Shown in pieces: positions 29,015 through 37,866 of a DNA stretch of 64,000 nucleotides. The DNA lies in NCBI GenBank assembly GCA_963741615.1, contig CAVUIU010000001.1, positions 6,185-70,184 on the forward strand, read 5' to 3'. Numbering within the stretch: the stretch's first letter is position 1; every line of letters starts with the position of its first letter. This DNA is from an uncultured Actinomycetes bacterium. GTDB taxonomy: Bacteria; Actinomycetota; Actinomycetes; Streptosporangiales; Streptosporangiaceae. The notes under the pieces are model-generated. The model ran no database searches, had not been told where the DNA came from, and was given only the letters and a program-made list of their open reading frames with translations. The position numbers were made by a program, and so were the translations under genes.

Positions 29015-29502
29015 CCGGTGGCCCGCTCCCGCTCGGTCACCTCGCTCGCCGCCTTCATGACCGCGCGGACGATCCGGCGGTGCGCGCCGCAGCGGCACAG
29101 GTTGCCGTCGAGGGCCTCACGCACCTCCTGGTCGCTCGGGGAGCGGTTGCCGCGCAGCAGCGCGACCGCGCTCACCACCATCCCGGAGGTGCAGTAGCCG
29201 CACTGGGCGGCCTGCTCGTCGATGAATGCCTGCTGGACCGCGTCCAGGGTCTCGCCGTCCAGCAGCCCCTCGACGGTGGTCACCTGCCGCCCTTCGGCCG
29301 CCCAGGCGGGGAAATCGCAGGAAGAGCGGGCCTGGCCGTCGATGAGCACGAAGCAGGCCCCGCACAGGCCAAGCCCGCAGCCGAAGCGGGGTCCGGACAG
29401 GCCGAGATCATGACGCAGCACGTCAAGCAGGGGAGCGTCGGGCTCGCAGGGCAGGGTGCGGCTGGCCCCGTTCAGTGTCATATGCAGTTCATGCTGCTCC
29501 AT
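29011..29502 (-). CDS. (2Fe-2S)-binding small subunit (IorA/CoxS-like)
   Basis: Both cluster motifs are present: CGLGLCGAC..C and QCGYCTSG...CRCG. Confidence 0.9.
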   Translation of the reverse strand: MEQHELHMTLNGASRTLPCEPDAPLLDVLRHDLGLSGPRFGCGLGLCGACFVLIDGQARSSCDFPAWAAEGRQVTTVEGLLDGETLDAVQQAFIDEQAAQCGYCTSGMVVSAVALLRGNRSPSDQEVREALDGNLCRCGAHRRIVRAVMKAASEVTERERATG

Positions 29503-29671
29503 CGTGGTCCCTCACACCGTCGCCGCATCGTTGCCCCGGCCGGGCGGCCGGCTGCGTCCGCGGTCCGCTGCCCGCCGTCCGGGGTTCGTTACCCTCAGGC
29601 TGTTGACCGGGCCTATCCCAGAGAGTATGCATTCGTTTGCAGGATCTCGCCAGCGAGTCACGGGAGTGTCG

Positions 29672-30769
29672 ATGGATGACCGGGTAGCTGCGGCGATCTC
29701 TCATTGGGCGCCACGGTTCACGATGAACGGCGTGACCGCCGGGGATTTTGAGCGGATCACCAGCGGGCTGGCGTCCTGGGACGACTGGTGTGCCGGCTGG
29801 AGCGAGGTGGCGGCCGAGCACGAGCAGCTGGGCCGGGACGCGCTCGCGGCCGGCCGGGACATGTCGGCGGGCGCGCACCTGTCCCAGGCGGCGGTCTACT
29901 ACCACTTCGCGAAGTTCCTGTTCGTCAACGACCCCGGCCAGATGCGCACGGCCCACCTGAAGGCGGTCGCCTGCCTGGACGATGCGCTGCCCTTCCTGGA
30001 TCCGCCTGGCCGCCGGATCGAAATCCCGTTCGAGGGCTCACACATGGTCGGGGTGCTCCGCCAGCCGGCCCGGGAGCCGGGGGAGGGGCCACCTCCCGCG
30101 ATGATCATGATTCCCGGCCTGGACTCGGCGAAGGAGGAACTGCGCAGCACCGAAGAGCTCTTCCTGGAGCGCGGCATCGCCACCTTCAGCGTGGACGGCC
30201 CGGGGCAGGGTGAGGCCGAATACGACCTGGCGATCCGGGGCGACTGGGAGGTCCCGGGCGGCGCGATCATCGACCGGCTGCAAGCAGAGCCCTCGATCGA
30301 TCCCGGCCGGATCGGGGTCTGGGGAGTCAGCCTCGGCGGCTATTACGCGCCCCGGGTGGCCAGCGGGGACGACCGGGTGAAGGCGTGCGTCGCGCTGGCC
30401 GGCCCGTACACCTTCGCCGAGAACTGGGACAACCTCCCGATCCTCACCCGGGAGGCGTTCCGGGTCCGGTCCTTCTCGCCGGATCCGGAGACCGCCCGCG
30501 CCCGGGCGGCCACCCTGTCGATGGCGGGCCGCGCCGAACTGATCCGGTGCCCGCTGCTGGCCGTCATGGGCAAGCTCGACCGCCTCATCCCCTGGCAGCA
30601 CGCGCAGCGCCTGGTGGACGAGGCGGGCGGGCCCGCCGAGCTGCTCCTGCTGGAGAAGGGGAACCACGGCTGCGCCAACCTGGCGCCGTTCCACCGCTAC
30701 GCCACCGCCGACTGGGCCGCGGCGAAGCTCGGCGCCCGGGTGAGCCGGAGCCAGGCCGCGCGGGCATGA
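29672..30769 (+). CDS. Alpha/beta hydrolase (DUF1100 / 2,6-dihydroxypseudooxynicotine-hydrolase-like)
   Basis: ATG 29672 follows GGGAG. Nucleophile elbow GVSLGG. The helical N-terminal cap region resembles the C-C hydrolases of this family. Family assignment is from memory. Confidence 0.7.
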   Translation: MDDRVAAAISHWAPRFTMNGVTAGDFERITSGLASWDDWCAGWSEVAAEHEQLGRDALAAGRDMSAGAHLSQAAVYYHFAKFLFVNDPGQMRTAHLKAVACLDDALPFLDPPGRRIEIPFEGSHMVGVLRQPAREPGEGPPPAMIMIPGLDSAKEELRSTEELFLERGIATFSVDGPGQGEAEYDLAIRGDWEVPGGAIIDRLQAEPSIDPGRIGVWGVSLGGYYAPRVASGDDRVKACVALAGPYTFAENWDNLPILTREAFRVRSFSPDPETARARAATLSMAGRAELIRCPLLAVMGKLDRLIPWQHAQRLVDEAGGPAELLLLEKGNHGCANLAPFHRYATADWAAAKLGARVSRSQAARA

Positions 30770-30793
30770 GCGCACGAGCATGAGCGCACGGGC
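30766..30793 (+). repeat. 14-nt tandem duplication of the hydrolase/LVIVD stop-start junction (ATGAGCGCACGAGC | ATGAGCGCACGGGC)
   Basis: Direct reading, 13/14 identical. The first copy holds TGA 30767-30769 and ATG 30766. The second copy holds ATG 30780. Confidence 0.9.
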
Positions 30794-31973
30794 AGCGGGC
30801 GCGCCGGCGCTGACGGCGAGCGCCTCCGGGCTCCGCCTGCTCGGCCACCACGACCTGGGTGGTCACGGCGACGGGATGCAGGTGATCCGGCACGGCGACG
30901 CCCTCTACGTGGGTCACACGGGCACGACCGGGATGGGGACATCCATCCTGGACGTGGCCGACCCGGCCCGGCCGGTGCTGGTGACCCAGTGGCCCGCGCC
31001 CGCTCACACCCACACCCATAAGGTGCAGGTCGCCGACGGCCTGCTGCTGGTCAACCACGAGAAGTTCCCCTACCGCACGGAGGCGGCCGGGCCGTTCTCG
31101 GCGGGCCTGGCCATCTACCGCCTCGGCGACCCGCTGCGGCCGGAGCGGGCCGCGTTCTGGCACAGCGGCGGGCGAGGCGTCCACCGCGTCGTCTGGCGGG
31201 GCGGCCGCTACGCGCACGCCTCGGCCATCCCCGACCACTTCTGCGACCGCATCTGGGTCGTGCTGGACCTCGCCGAACCCGCCCGGCCAGCGCTGGCCGG
31301 GCGCTGGTGGTGGCCGGGCCAGCGGGACGGCGAGGAGCGCGGCTGGCCCGATGGTGAGCGGTACGCCGCCCACCACGCGCTGATCGCCGGCGGCCGCGCC
31401 TACCTCGGCTACGACGACGCGGGGATGGTGGTGCTGGACGTGACCGACATCACCGCGCCACGCCAGGTGGCGCAGCTGCGCTGGGACGGCGGATCGACCC
31501 ACACCTGCCTGCCACTGCCCGGCCGGGGGCTGGTGGTCGCGACCGACGAGCAGGTGACCGACGGCCCGCACGCGCCGCGGCGGGCGATCCGGGTCATCGA
31601 TGCCACCGGGGCCGGCCCGGCGGTGCTGGCGGTGTGCCCGCACCCGGACGGCTTCGATACCGGGCCGCTCCGGTTCGGCGCGCACAACCTGCACGAGAAC
31701 CAGCCAGATTCCTACCGCAGCGAGCGGGTGGTGTTCGCCACGTACTTCAGCGCCGGCGTGCGGGTCTACGACCTGGCCGACCCCCGCCACCCGGTGGAGG
31801 TGGCGCACTGGATCCCGGAGCCACCCCCCGGCCAGGCCGCCGCGCAGATCAACGACCTGTTCGTCGACACCACCGGCCTGATCTGGGTCACCGACCGGAT
31901 CACCGGCGGCCTCTACGTCCTGCAGCCCGAGCCGAACCTAGCCGCGCTGATGGGGGAGTCCCGGGCGCCGTAG
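30780..31973 (+). CDS. LVIVD-repeat / beta-propeller protein, function unknown
   Basis: 397-aa ORF with repeated ...G.A..V.V.G.YAY.A....G..V.D...P motifs (LLLVNHE, MVVLDVTD, VRVYDLAD, GLYVLQ). Confidence 0.6.
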   Translation: MSARAAGAPALTASASGLRLLGHHDLGGHGDGMQVIRHGDALYVGHTGTTGMGTSILDVADPARPVLVTQWPAPAHTHTHKVQVADGLLLVNHEKFPYRTEAAGPFSAGLAIYRLGDPLRPERAAFWHSGGRGVHRVVWRGGRYAHASAIPDHFCDRIWVVLDLAEPARPALAGRWWWPGQRDGEERGWPDGERYAAHHALIAGGRAYLGYDDAGMVVLDVTDITAPRQVAQLRWDGGSTHTCLPLPGRGLVVATDEQVTDGPHAPRRAIRVIDATGAGPAVLAVCPHPDGFDTGPLRFGAHNLHENQPDSYRSERVVFATYFSAGVRVYDLADPRHPVEVAHWIPEPPPGQAAAQINDLFVDTTGLIWVTDRITGGLYVLQPEPNLAALMGESRAP

Positions 31974-31985
31974 AGTGCGCCCGCC

Positions 31986-32753
31986 TCAGGGCAGGGTGAG
32001 GATCCGCGGCCCGCTGTCGGTGATGGCGACGCTGTGCTCGGCGTGTGCCGCCCGGCTCCCGTCCACGGTGTGCAGCGCCCAGCCGTCGGGTGCCACCCCG
32101 AAGTCATCGCCGCCGCCGGCCATGAGCATCGGCTCGATGGCCAGCACCAGGCCGTGCCGCAGGCGCATGCCGCGGCCCGGCCGGCCGTCGTTGGGCACAT
32201 GCGGGTCCTCGTGCATCCGGCGGCCGATCCCGTGCCCGCCAAAACCAGCCGGGATGCCGTACCCCGCGGCGTGGGCGACCGCGCCGATGGCGGCGGATAT
32301 GTCCCCGATCCGGGCCCCTACCACGGCGGCCGCCACCCCGGCGGCGAGGGCCTTCTCGGCCGTCTCGATGAGCAGCAGGTCGGCGGCGTCCGCCTCGCCC
32401 ACGGTGAAGCTGATCGCGGCGTCACCGGTCCAGCCGTCAAGCTCCGCGCCGCAGTCGATGCTGACCAGATCCCCGTTGTGGAGTCGATAGCGCCCCGGGA
32501 TGCCGTGCACGATCACGTCGTTGACCGAGGCGCAGATCACCGCGGGGAACGGGGTGGGCGCGAACGTGGGGTGGTAGTGCAGGAAGGGGGAGCGGGCACC
32601 GGCCGCGCGGATGACGCCGTGCGCCACCTCATCGAGGTCGGCCAGCGAGGTGCCCACCGCCGCCGTCTCCCGCACGGCCGCGAGCGCGTGCGCGACGACC
32701 CGGCCCGCCTCGCGCATGGCGTCCAGCGCGGCGTCGCTCTTGAGCTCGACCAT
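31986..32753 (-). CDS. map: Type I methionine aminopeptidase
   Basis: 255 aa from ATG 32753, 4 nt after the upstream stop. Metal ligands lie in VNDVIVHGIP, DLVSIDCG, GHGIGRRMHE, LAIEPM and EHSV. Confidence 0.9.
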   Translation of the reverse strand: MVELKSDAALDAMREAGRVVAHALAAVRETAAVGTSLADLDEVAHGVIRAAGARSPFLHYHPTFAPTPFPAVICASVNDVIVHGIPGRYRLHNGDLVSIDCGAELDGWTGDAAISFTVGEADAADLLLIETAEKALAAGVAAAVVGARIGDISAAIGAVAHAAGYGIPAGFGGHGIGRRMHEDPHVPNDGRPGRGMRLRHGLVLAIEPMLMAGGGDDFGVAPDGWALHTVDGSRAAHAEHSVAITDSGPRILTLP

Positions 32754-32757
32754 CCCG

Positions 32758-34602
32758 CTACTCCTCGGCCAGGCCGCCGAGGTGGCGGGCAAGGAACCGT
32801 TCTGCCGCCGCATAGAAGCGCAGCCGGTTCTCGGGCTTGGCGAACCCATGGCCCTCGTCGGCGAACAGCATGTACTCGTGGTCGATGCCCGCCTCGCGCA
32901 GGGCGGCCACGATCTGCTCGGACTCAGCCTGCTTCACCCGGGGATCGTTGGCGCCCTGGGCGATGAGCAGCGGGGTCCGGATGCTGGCCGCCCGGGACAG
33001 GGGGGAGCGGGACCAGAGGAAATCGGCGTCCCGTTCCGGATCGCCGACCCGGGTGTGGAACAGGGCGATCATCGGGGCCCAGTACGGCGGGATGGTCTCG
33101 ATCAGCGTCTTCAGGTTCGACGGGCCGACGATGTCCACGGCGCAGCGGAACGTCCCCGGGTTGAACGCCGCCCCGGCCAGCGCCGCGTACCCGCCGTAGG
33201 AGCCGCCGTAGATGGCCACCCGGGCGGGGTCTGCCCAGCCCTGGCCGACGGCGAACGCCACCGCGTCCAGCAGGTCGTCCTGCATCTTGCCGCCCCATTC
33301 GCGATCACCCGCGTTGACGAAGGCCTTCCCGTAGCCGGTCGAGCCGCGGAAGTTGACCTGCAGGCACGCATAGCCGCGGTTGGCGAACCACTGTGCCTCG
33401 GGGTCGAACCCCCAGGCGTCGCGCGCCCACGGCCCGCCGTGCACGTTGAGCACCGCGGGCAGCCCGGAGCGGGCCGCGCCGGGCGGGAACGTGACGTAGC
33501 CATGAATGGTCAGGCCATCCCTGGCGGTGAACGAGAACGGCTCCATGGGCGCCAGCTCGTAGCGTGACAGCTCGGGCCGGTGCTCGAAGAGGAAGTGCCC
33601 CGCCCGGCGCTGGCGGTCGTAGCTGAAGAAGGGCACCGCCCCGGTGTCGTTGGTGAAGCCGACCAGCCACAGCGTGTCGCCGTCATCGCCGTCACCGATG
33701 TCCGGGTCACCAGGGTGCAGCGCCCGGATGGCGGCCAGGTCGGGCTCGATCGCGGGGTCGAGCGCCCGGTACTGCATCCGTTCCGTCAGGAAGGCCGCGA
33801 TCTGCGGTTCCCGGGTGTCGGGGTGCAGCCGGACCCCGGCCAGGTCGGCCTCCGGGTCCTCGGCCAGCACCTGCGCCGCGCCGCTGGCGATGTCGACGCG
33901 GACCAGCCGCCCGGTGTTGGCGCCGACCGAGCTCATCGCCAGCAGCGAGCCGCCGTTCGCGCTGAACGCGACCGGCCCGCTGGTCAGCGCGTCCTCCGCC
34001 GCGATCGGCAGCAACGGGCGCCAGTCCTGGCCGGCGTCGTCGCGGACCATGACCACCATCCCCCCGTCCGGCTGCGGGGCGACACCGCAGCGGACCACCA
34101 GCTCCGCGTCGGCGACCCAGCCGACGAAGCCCGGGTTCTCCACCTCCTTGACCAGCTCACCGCTGACCAGGTCGAGCCGGTAGACGTCGTGGAGCTGCGG
34201 GTTGTCGCGGTTGAGCGCGACCAGGATGTCGGTCGGGAACTTCTTCTCGGTGGCGACGATCTGCGCCTGGACGCCGTCGAAGGGGGTCAGGTCCCGCCGC
34301 TGCATGGTCTGCAGGTCGACGTCGTGCAGGCGCCAGTTCTCGTCGCCGCCGGTGTCCTGCAGGTAGAGCAGGTGCCGTCCGTCGTGCGCCCAGGCGAAAA
34401 CGCGGATCCCGCGGTCGGTGTCGTCGGTGACCACGCGGGCGGCGGCCCAGTCAGCCCCGTCCGGCCCCAGCGGGGCCGTCCACACGTTGAGCACGCCTTC
34501 CTGCGGGGCGATCCATGCCAGCGTGCTGGCGTCCGGGCTGATGCGCGGGCTGATGCGTTCCGGGTTCCCGAAAAGGACACGCCGGGGGATGAGTTCGGCC
34601 AT
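32758..34602 (-). CDS. S9-family serine peptidase (prolyl oligopeptidase/acylaminoacyl peptidase type)
   Basis: 614-aa ORF with an N-terminal propeller-like region and a C-terminal catalytic domain containing GGSYGGY, DPRV and the HGF His. Confidence 0.9.
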   Translation of the reverse strand: MAELIPRRVLFGNPERISPRISPDASTLAWIAPQEGVLNVWTAPLGPDGADWAAARVVTDDTDRGIRVFAWAHDGRHLLYLQDTGGDENWRLHDVDLQTMQRRDLTPFDGVQAQIVATEKKFPTDILVALNRDNPQLHDVYRLDLVSGELVKEVENPGFVGWVADAELVVRCGVAPQPDGGMVVMVRDDAGQDWRPLLPIAAEDALTSGPVAFSANGGSLLAMSSVGANTGRLVRVDIASGAAQVLAEDPEADLAGVRLHPDTREPQIAAFLTERMQYRALDPAIEPDLAAIRALHPGDPDIGDGDDGDTLWLVGFTNDTGAVPFFSYDRQRRAGHFLFEHRPELSRYELAPMEPFSFTARDGLTIHGYVTFPPGAARSGLPAVLNVHGGPWARDAWGFDPEAQWFANRGYACLQVNFRGSTGYGKAFVNAGDREWGGKMQDDLLDAVAFAVGQGWADPARVAIYGGSYGGYAALAGAAFNPGTFRCAVDIVGPSNLKTLIETIPPYWAPMIALFHTRVGDPERDADFLWSRSPLSRAASIRTPLLIAQGANDPRVKQAESEQIVAALREAGIDHEYMLFADEGHGFAKPENRLRFYAAAERFLARHLGGLAEE

Positions 34603-34759
34603 GGGCCATGCCTACCATGGCTGACCCGGTCTGCTGAACCATCGGCCGCCCGGCCGCGGGCACGGCCGGCCGGGCCTGTCAGCCCGGGGCGTCGACCGCC
34701 CCGCCGCCGATTAAGCGGCGAACTCCTCCTGGCCGGGCCGAACGCGCAGAACACTAGGC

Positions 34760-36928
34760 TCAGGCGCGGAGGATGACGAGTTGCTGGGTCGCCCGGGTCA
34801 TCGCGACATAGCGGTCGACCGCTCCCTCGATGCCCGTGCCGAACGCCGCTGGGCCGATGAGGACGACCAGGTCGAACTCGAGCCCCTTCGCCAGTTCCGG
34901 GGTCAGCGACCGGACGCGGGGGGTCGCCCGGAAGGTGGGGTCGCCGATGACGCAGGCGATCCCGTCGGCATGCGCGGCGAGCCAGCTGTCGAGGAGCGGG
35001 CCCAGATCCGAGGCGGATCCGTACCCGACGGGGACGCCGGTGCTGCGGATGGAGGTCGGCACGTTGGCGTCCGGGAGCACGGCCCGGATGACCGGCTCGG
35101 CTTGCGCCATGACCTCTTGCGGCGTCCGGTAGTTGATGCTGAGCGAGGCCAGGCTGATCCGGTCGAGCCCGATCCGCTCGAGCCGTTCCTGCCACGACTC
35201 GGTGAACCCGTGCCGGGCCTGGGCCCGGTCCCCGGCGATGGTGAAGCTGCGGGACGGGCAGCGCAGCAGCAGCATCTGCCACTCCGCGTCGGTCAGTTCC
35301 TGGGCCTCGTCCACGACGATGTGCGCGAACGGGCCCGCGAGCAGGTCCGGTTCGGTGCTGGGCAGCGCGGCCTGGTCGATCAGGGCGCCGGCGAAGTCCT
35401 CGCCGCGCAGCATCGTCACCAGGCCTACGCCGTATTCGTCGTCGTCGGCGGCCTCGATCAGGTCGTCCACGACCCGGGCCATGTTCTCGCGTTCGGCGGC
35501 GACCGCGGCGTCGTGCCGACGCTTACGGCGTGATGCCTGCGGGTCGCCGAGCCGCTGCCGTGCCGCGTCCAGCAGCGGCAGGTCGGACACCGTCCATGCC
35601 TGGGCGTCCCCGCGCTGCAGCCGCTGAATCTCATTGCGGCTGAGCCAGGGAGCGCACATCCGCAGGTAGGCCGGTACCGACCACAGGTCTGAGACGAGGT
35701 CAGCCGCGTCGATCACCGGCCACGCCCGGTTGAGGGCCATGAGCAGCTCCCTGTTCCGCAGCAGCGACCTGCGGAGCAGGTCAGCCGGGACGTCCCCGTC
35801 GCGGGAGTCGATCAGGATCGTGAGCAGCGCCTCCCAGATCTCCTCGCGCGCCTCGTTATGCGGGGTACCGGGTGCGGGCGCTTCGCACGCCTGCGCCCAA
35901 TCGGCGGCGGTCAGCCGGATATCGGACCAGGGGGTCTGCACCGTCATTGCCGTGGTGGGCGGGTTCTCGTAGAACCTGACGGCCGCCTCGATCGCCCTCA
36001 CCAGATCCGCGGACGACTTCAGGCGGGCCACGTCCGGGTCGGTCTCGGTCGTTGCCGCGGCTCCCTCGGCGACGAGGTCCCGCAGGGTGCAGGTCTGCAC
36101 GCCCTCCTCGCCGAGGCTGGGGAGAACGTCGGAGACGTAGGCCAGATACGGCTGGTGCGGGCCGACGAACAGCACGCCGCCCCGGCGGTGAGCGAGGCGA
36201 GGGTCGGAGTAGAGAAGGTAGGCGGAGCGGTGCAGAGCGACGACGGTCTTGCCCGTACCCGGGCCGCCATCGACGACGAGAGCGCCGGCCGAATCCGCGC
36301 GGATGATGGCGTCCTGATCGGCCGCGATGGTGGCGAGCACGTCCCGCATCCGCGCCGACCGGCTGCTGCCCAGGCTGGCGATGAAGGCGGACTGGTCATC
36401 GAGCGCGGCGTGCCCTTCCAGCCCGTCCGCGGTGAACACCTCGTCCCAGTAGTCGCTGATCCGGCCGCGGGTCCAGCGATACCGGCGGCGGCTGGCCAGA
36501 CCCATCGGGTTGGCGTGGGTCGCCCCGAAGAACGGCTCAGCCGCCGGGGAACGCCAGTCGAGCAGCAGCCGGCGGCCCGTGCTGTCCGTGAGGCCAAGCC
36601 GCCCGATGTAGGTGGGCTCGGGGTTGTCCGCGCCGACGATGCGTCCCAGGCACAGATCCAGGCCGAAGCGGCGCAGGGCGCGCAGCCGGGCGGTCAGCCG
36701 GTGGATCTGCAGGTCCCGGTCCATCGCCTCCTGGCCGATGCCGCCGGGCGCCTTGCGCTCGGCATCCAGGCGATCGGACAGGTCGGCGATCGACCGCTCA
36801 AGGCCCTCCGCGACGGCCGCGAAGTGCTGCTCATCGACGGCGGTCAGCGCCGGGTCGGCCTTGGGGGAGAGGTGGTCGGGAAGGTCAAACGCGCTGGTAG
36901 TCAGGGGATTCACGTCATCAGCTCCCAT
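34760..36928 (-). CDS. helR: HelD-family RNA polymerase-associated UvrD-like ATPase (HelR-type candidate)
   Basis: 722-aa ORF that aligns by eye with actinobacterial HelD (YIGRLGL...LLLDWRSPAAEPFF, Walker A DGGPGTGKTVVALHR, VVDEAQELT, NYRTP, GLEFD...TRAT). An RAE-like inverted repeat lies upstream. Confidence 0.8.
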   Translation of the reverse strand: MGADDVNPLTTSAFDLPDHLSPKADPALTAVDEQHFAAVAEGLERSIADLSDRLDAERKAPGGIGQEAMDRDLQIHRLTARLRALRRFGLDLCLGRIVGADNPEPTYIGRLGLTDSTGRRLLLDWRSPAAEPFFGATHANPMGLASRRRYRWTRGRISDYWDEVFTADGLEGHAALDDQSAFIASLGSSRSARMRDVLATIAADQDAIIRADSAGALVVDGGPGTGKTVVALHRSAYLLYSDPRLAHRRGGVLFVGPHQPYLAYVSDVLPSLGEEGVQTCTLRDLVAEGAAATTETDPDVARLKSSADLVRAIEAAVRFYENPPTTAMTVQTPWSDIRLTAADWAQACEAPAPGTPHNEAREEIWEALLTILIDSRDGDVPADLLRRSLLRNRELLMALNRAWPVIDAADLVSDLWSVPAYLRMCAPWLSRNEIQRLQRGDAQAWTVSDLPLLDAARQRLGDPQASRRKRRHDAAVAAERENMARVVDDLIEAADDDEYGVGLVTMLRGEDFAGALIDQAALPSTEPDLLAGPFAHIVVDEAQELTDAEWQMLLLRCPSRSFTIAGDRAQARHGFTESWQERLERIGLDRISLASLSINYRTPQEVMAQAEPVIRAVLPDANVPTSIRSTGVPVGYGSASDLGPLLDSWLAAHADGIACVIGDPTFRATPRVRSLTPELAKGLEFDLVVLIGPAAFGTGIEGAVDRYVAMTRATQQLVILRA

Positions 36929-37172
36929 CTGAGGTCGCTTGCAGCCATTGCGCGCGGCAAGGCGCCCTGGACCGGCGCGACGAACCTGGGTCCCGGTCCG
37001 GCGATCCCGCGTGGTTCACGCGGACACGGGCGTTTCCCGGCTGACCGCGCCGGCCAGCGGCGTCATCGGTTCGGCGTCCCCGCGCGACCCATCCGCCGGC
37101 AACGACACACGCACGCCGTGGCTCCCATTTCCGCAGGTTCTGGCCTCGGCCGGCGACTCTACGGCACGACCC

Positions 37173-37191
37173 GGGTCTTGCCGCAAGCCCC
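37173..37191 (-). promoter_or_regulatory. RAE-like 19-bp inverted repeat (candidate rifamycin-associated element) with a -10-like TAGAGT 11 nt downstream
   Basis: The minus strand reads GGGGCTTGCGGCAAGACCC (arms GGGGCTTGC / GCAAGaCCC). TAGAGT lies at 37161-37156. The repeat is 244 nt upstream of the helR ATG. Confidence 0.6.
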
Positions 37192-37275
37192 CCGCTGCGT
37201 TATATGTTGAAAGTGGAGGGGAGTGGGTGCTCTCCTTTTTGGGCCCACGGGATGCAGCCGCGGAAGCGGTTCCGC

Positions 37276-37644
37276 TCAGTTCTCCTGCAGGACGGAGAGG
37301 ATGTTGCCCGCGGGGTCCCTGAACCACGCGATGAGGGGCCCGCCCTGGCGGTTGATCCCCTTCTCGTCGACATAGTCGTAGTGCTCGAACCCGACACCGC
37401 GCACGGTGAGCTGATCGACAGCGGCCTCGATGTCGTCCACCGGGAAGTTGAGGACCGTGAACGTCGCGGGCACGTGATCCGGCCCCTTGGGGTAAACCAG
37501 GACGTCCGTGTCGCCGGCGATGTGCAGTGTCAGGAGCCCGTGCTGCTCGGATACCCGCAGGCCGAGCGTCTCGCCGTAGAACTGCCTGGCCTTGGTGATG
37601 TCGTCCACGGAGAACCCGCTGAACGCCCTGGTGTGCTCGAACAT
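37276..37644 (-). CDS. VOC (glyoxalase/bleomycin-resistance/dioxygenase) family protein
   Basis: 122-aa ORF with the beta-alpha-beta-beta-beta module pattern ([19 protein letters not shown] ... [11 protein letters not shown]). Confidence 0.8.
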   Translation of the reverse strand: MFEHTRAFSGFSVDDITKARQFYGETLGLRVSEQHGLLTLHIAGDTDVLVYPKGPDHVPATFTVLNFPVDDIEAAVDQLTVRGVGFEHYDYVDEKGINRQGGPLIAWFRDPAGNILSVLQEN

Positions 37645-37832
37645 GGCGCCTCTCTCTTACCTGTGCCGGGGAACGGACCGGTGGCGCTGATTGTGCCGCC
37701 CGGATCGGATGCATGCTGCATGGAGACAGACCAGACGGCCTTCCCGGACTCATCGGTGTCCCGTGTCCTGCGATGGTCCGCAACGGCCTGCCTGGGACCT
37801 GGGGTCATGATGTCCGCTGGGGCCGGCCCGGG

Positions 37833-37860
37833 TTGACAGGGGCGGCCTGCCTTATATCCT
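37833..37860 (+). promoter_or_regulatory. Putative promoter TTGACA-16 nt-TATCCT giving a leaderless gntR transcript
   Basis: TTGACA at 37833-37838 and TATCCT at 37855-37860. ATG 37867 begins 7 nt after the -10 element and there is no Shine-Dalgarno. Confidence 0.4.
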
Positions 37861-37866
37861 TTCCCT

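Noticed and set aside
36929-37172. Small upstream ORFs (for example a 21-codon ORF starting with ATG at 37117 on the minus strand) and a CCGCGTG/CACGCGG hairpin in the helR leader as an attenuator
   Set aside because: There is no Shine-Dalgarno and no conservation evidence is available. This is too speculative to report as a feature.
27158-37210. Long antisense ORFs 27158-28972(+), 30585-31808(-), 33580-34776(+) and 35858-37210(+)
   Set aside because: They lie opposite the Mo-subunit, LVIVD, S9 peptidase and helR genes. They are Arg/Gly/Pro-rich and carry no recognisable domains.
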